A DNA stretch of 6,302 bases from a virus: positions 1 to 6,302 of the IMG/VR virus record IMGVR_UViG_3300045988_003400; one strand, written 5' to 3'. The translations under genes were made by a program, and so were the position numbers. Shown in pieces: positions 5,728 to 6,302 of this stretch (its first letter is position 1; every line of letters begins with the position of its first letter). Under the pieces are notes generated by a model that ran no database searches, was not told the origin of the DNA, and worked only from the letters and a program-made list of their open reading frames with translations.

Positions 5728-6302
5728 ATGGCTTCTTACACTGGAATGTCCAATCTCCAGAATCATCCTCACCGTTCTGGATTCGATATTGGACGTAAAA
5801 ATTGCTTTACTGCAAAGGTTGGTGAGCTTCTCCCTGTCTATTGGGATATATCAATGCCCGGTGATAAATATCGGTTTAACGTTGAGTATTTTACTCGCAC
5901 TCAACCTGTTGAAACATCTGCTTATACTCGCGTTCGTGAGTACTTTGATTTTTATGCTGTGCCGTTACGTCTTCTTTGGAAGTCTGCTCCTTCTGTATTG
6001 ACACAAATGCAGGATGTTAATCAGATTCAAGCGTCGTCTTTGACACTGAATTTGGCTTTGGGTTCTTATTTACCCTCTCTAGCTCTTAATGTTTTAGGCT
6101 CTGCTTCTGTTCGTTTGAATGGAGGTTCCACGTCTCCTGGTAATAGTTCAGGTTTCTCAAATTCATTTGGTTTTTCTCGTGCAGATTGTTGTTATAAACT
6201 TTTGAGTTATCTTGGTTATGGTAACATTATGAAGGATGTCCCTTCTTCTGGTCGTTGGTGGTCTACTTCTTTAACTAATTCTGATGATTCTGCTAGTTAT
6301 AC
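5728..6302 (+). CDS. VP1: Major capsid protein VP1, N-terminal portion (runs off the window end and continues at nt 56 of the circle)
   Basis: The ATG at 5728 is the first start after an in-frame TAA at 5716-5718. There is no stop before the window end. The translation MASYTGMSNLQNHPHRSGFDIGRKNCFTAKVGELLPVYWDISMPGDKYRF...REYFDFYAVPLRLLW is a typical microvirus capsid N-terminus. The ORF track missed it because the stop lies beyond the window. Confidence 0.92.
   Translation, partial: MASYTGMSNLQNHPHRSGFDIGRKNCFTAKVGELLPVYWDISMPGDKYRFNVEYFTRTQPVETSAYTRVREYFDFYAVPLRLLWKSAPSVLTQMQDVNQIQASSLTLNLALGSYLPSLALNVLGSASVRLNGGSTSPGNSSGFSNSFGFSRADCCYKLLSYLGYGNIMKDVPSSGRWWSTSLTNSDDSASY
6248..6302. repeat. 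Terminal redundancy: right copy of the 55-nt repeat
   Basis: Exact identity to nt 1-55. Confidence 0.9.

Overview
The window holds one complete, circularly permuted genome of a Microviridae ssDNA phage. Nt 1-55 recur exactly at 6248-6302, giving a unit length of 6,247 nt. All supported genes lie on the + strand. The major capsid protein VP1 wraps around the window ends (5728..6302, then 56..1322; 613 aa in total). It is followed by a 160-aa acidic protein, the pilot/minor capsid protein VP2, a 65-aa Cys-rich protein, a 29-aa single-TM peptide, an M15-family zinc peptidase and the HUH rolling-circle Rep VP4. No gene has a Shine-Dalgarno sequence; start codons sit in A/T-rich contexts. The only good promoter match is the Bacteroides type (TTTG ... 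TAnnTTTG). This points to a Bacteroidetes-infecting Alpavirinae/Gokushovirinae-like microvirus.

Two things stand out:
- A roughly 300-nt hairpin-dense element at 3028-3335 is about 49% G+C by hand count, against about 40% in a sampled coding stretch and about 20% in the adjacent promoter region. It lies between a terminator-like hairpin and the promoter, so it is probably not part of the main transcript. It carries two exact copies of the ultra-stable DNA mini-hairpin GCGAAGC and a phiX174 ori-like AACTTGATG. I interpret it as a candidate replication-origin module, which is undefined for this virus group.
- A lysis-like cassette pairs a small weakly hydrophobic TM peptide with an M15 peptidase. 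The two are in the same reading frame and separated only by TAA-GTC.

The many hydrophobic alternative-frame ORFs in the track are explained by codon bias and are rejected.
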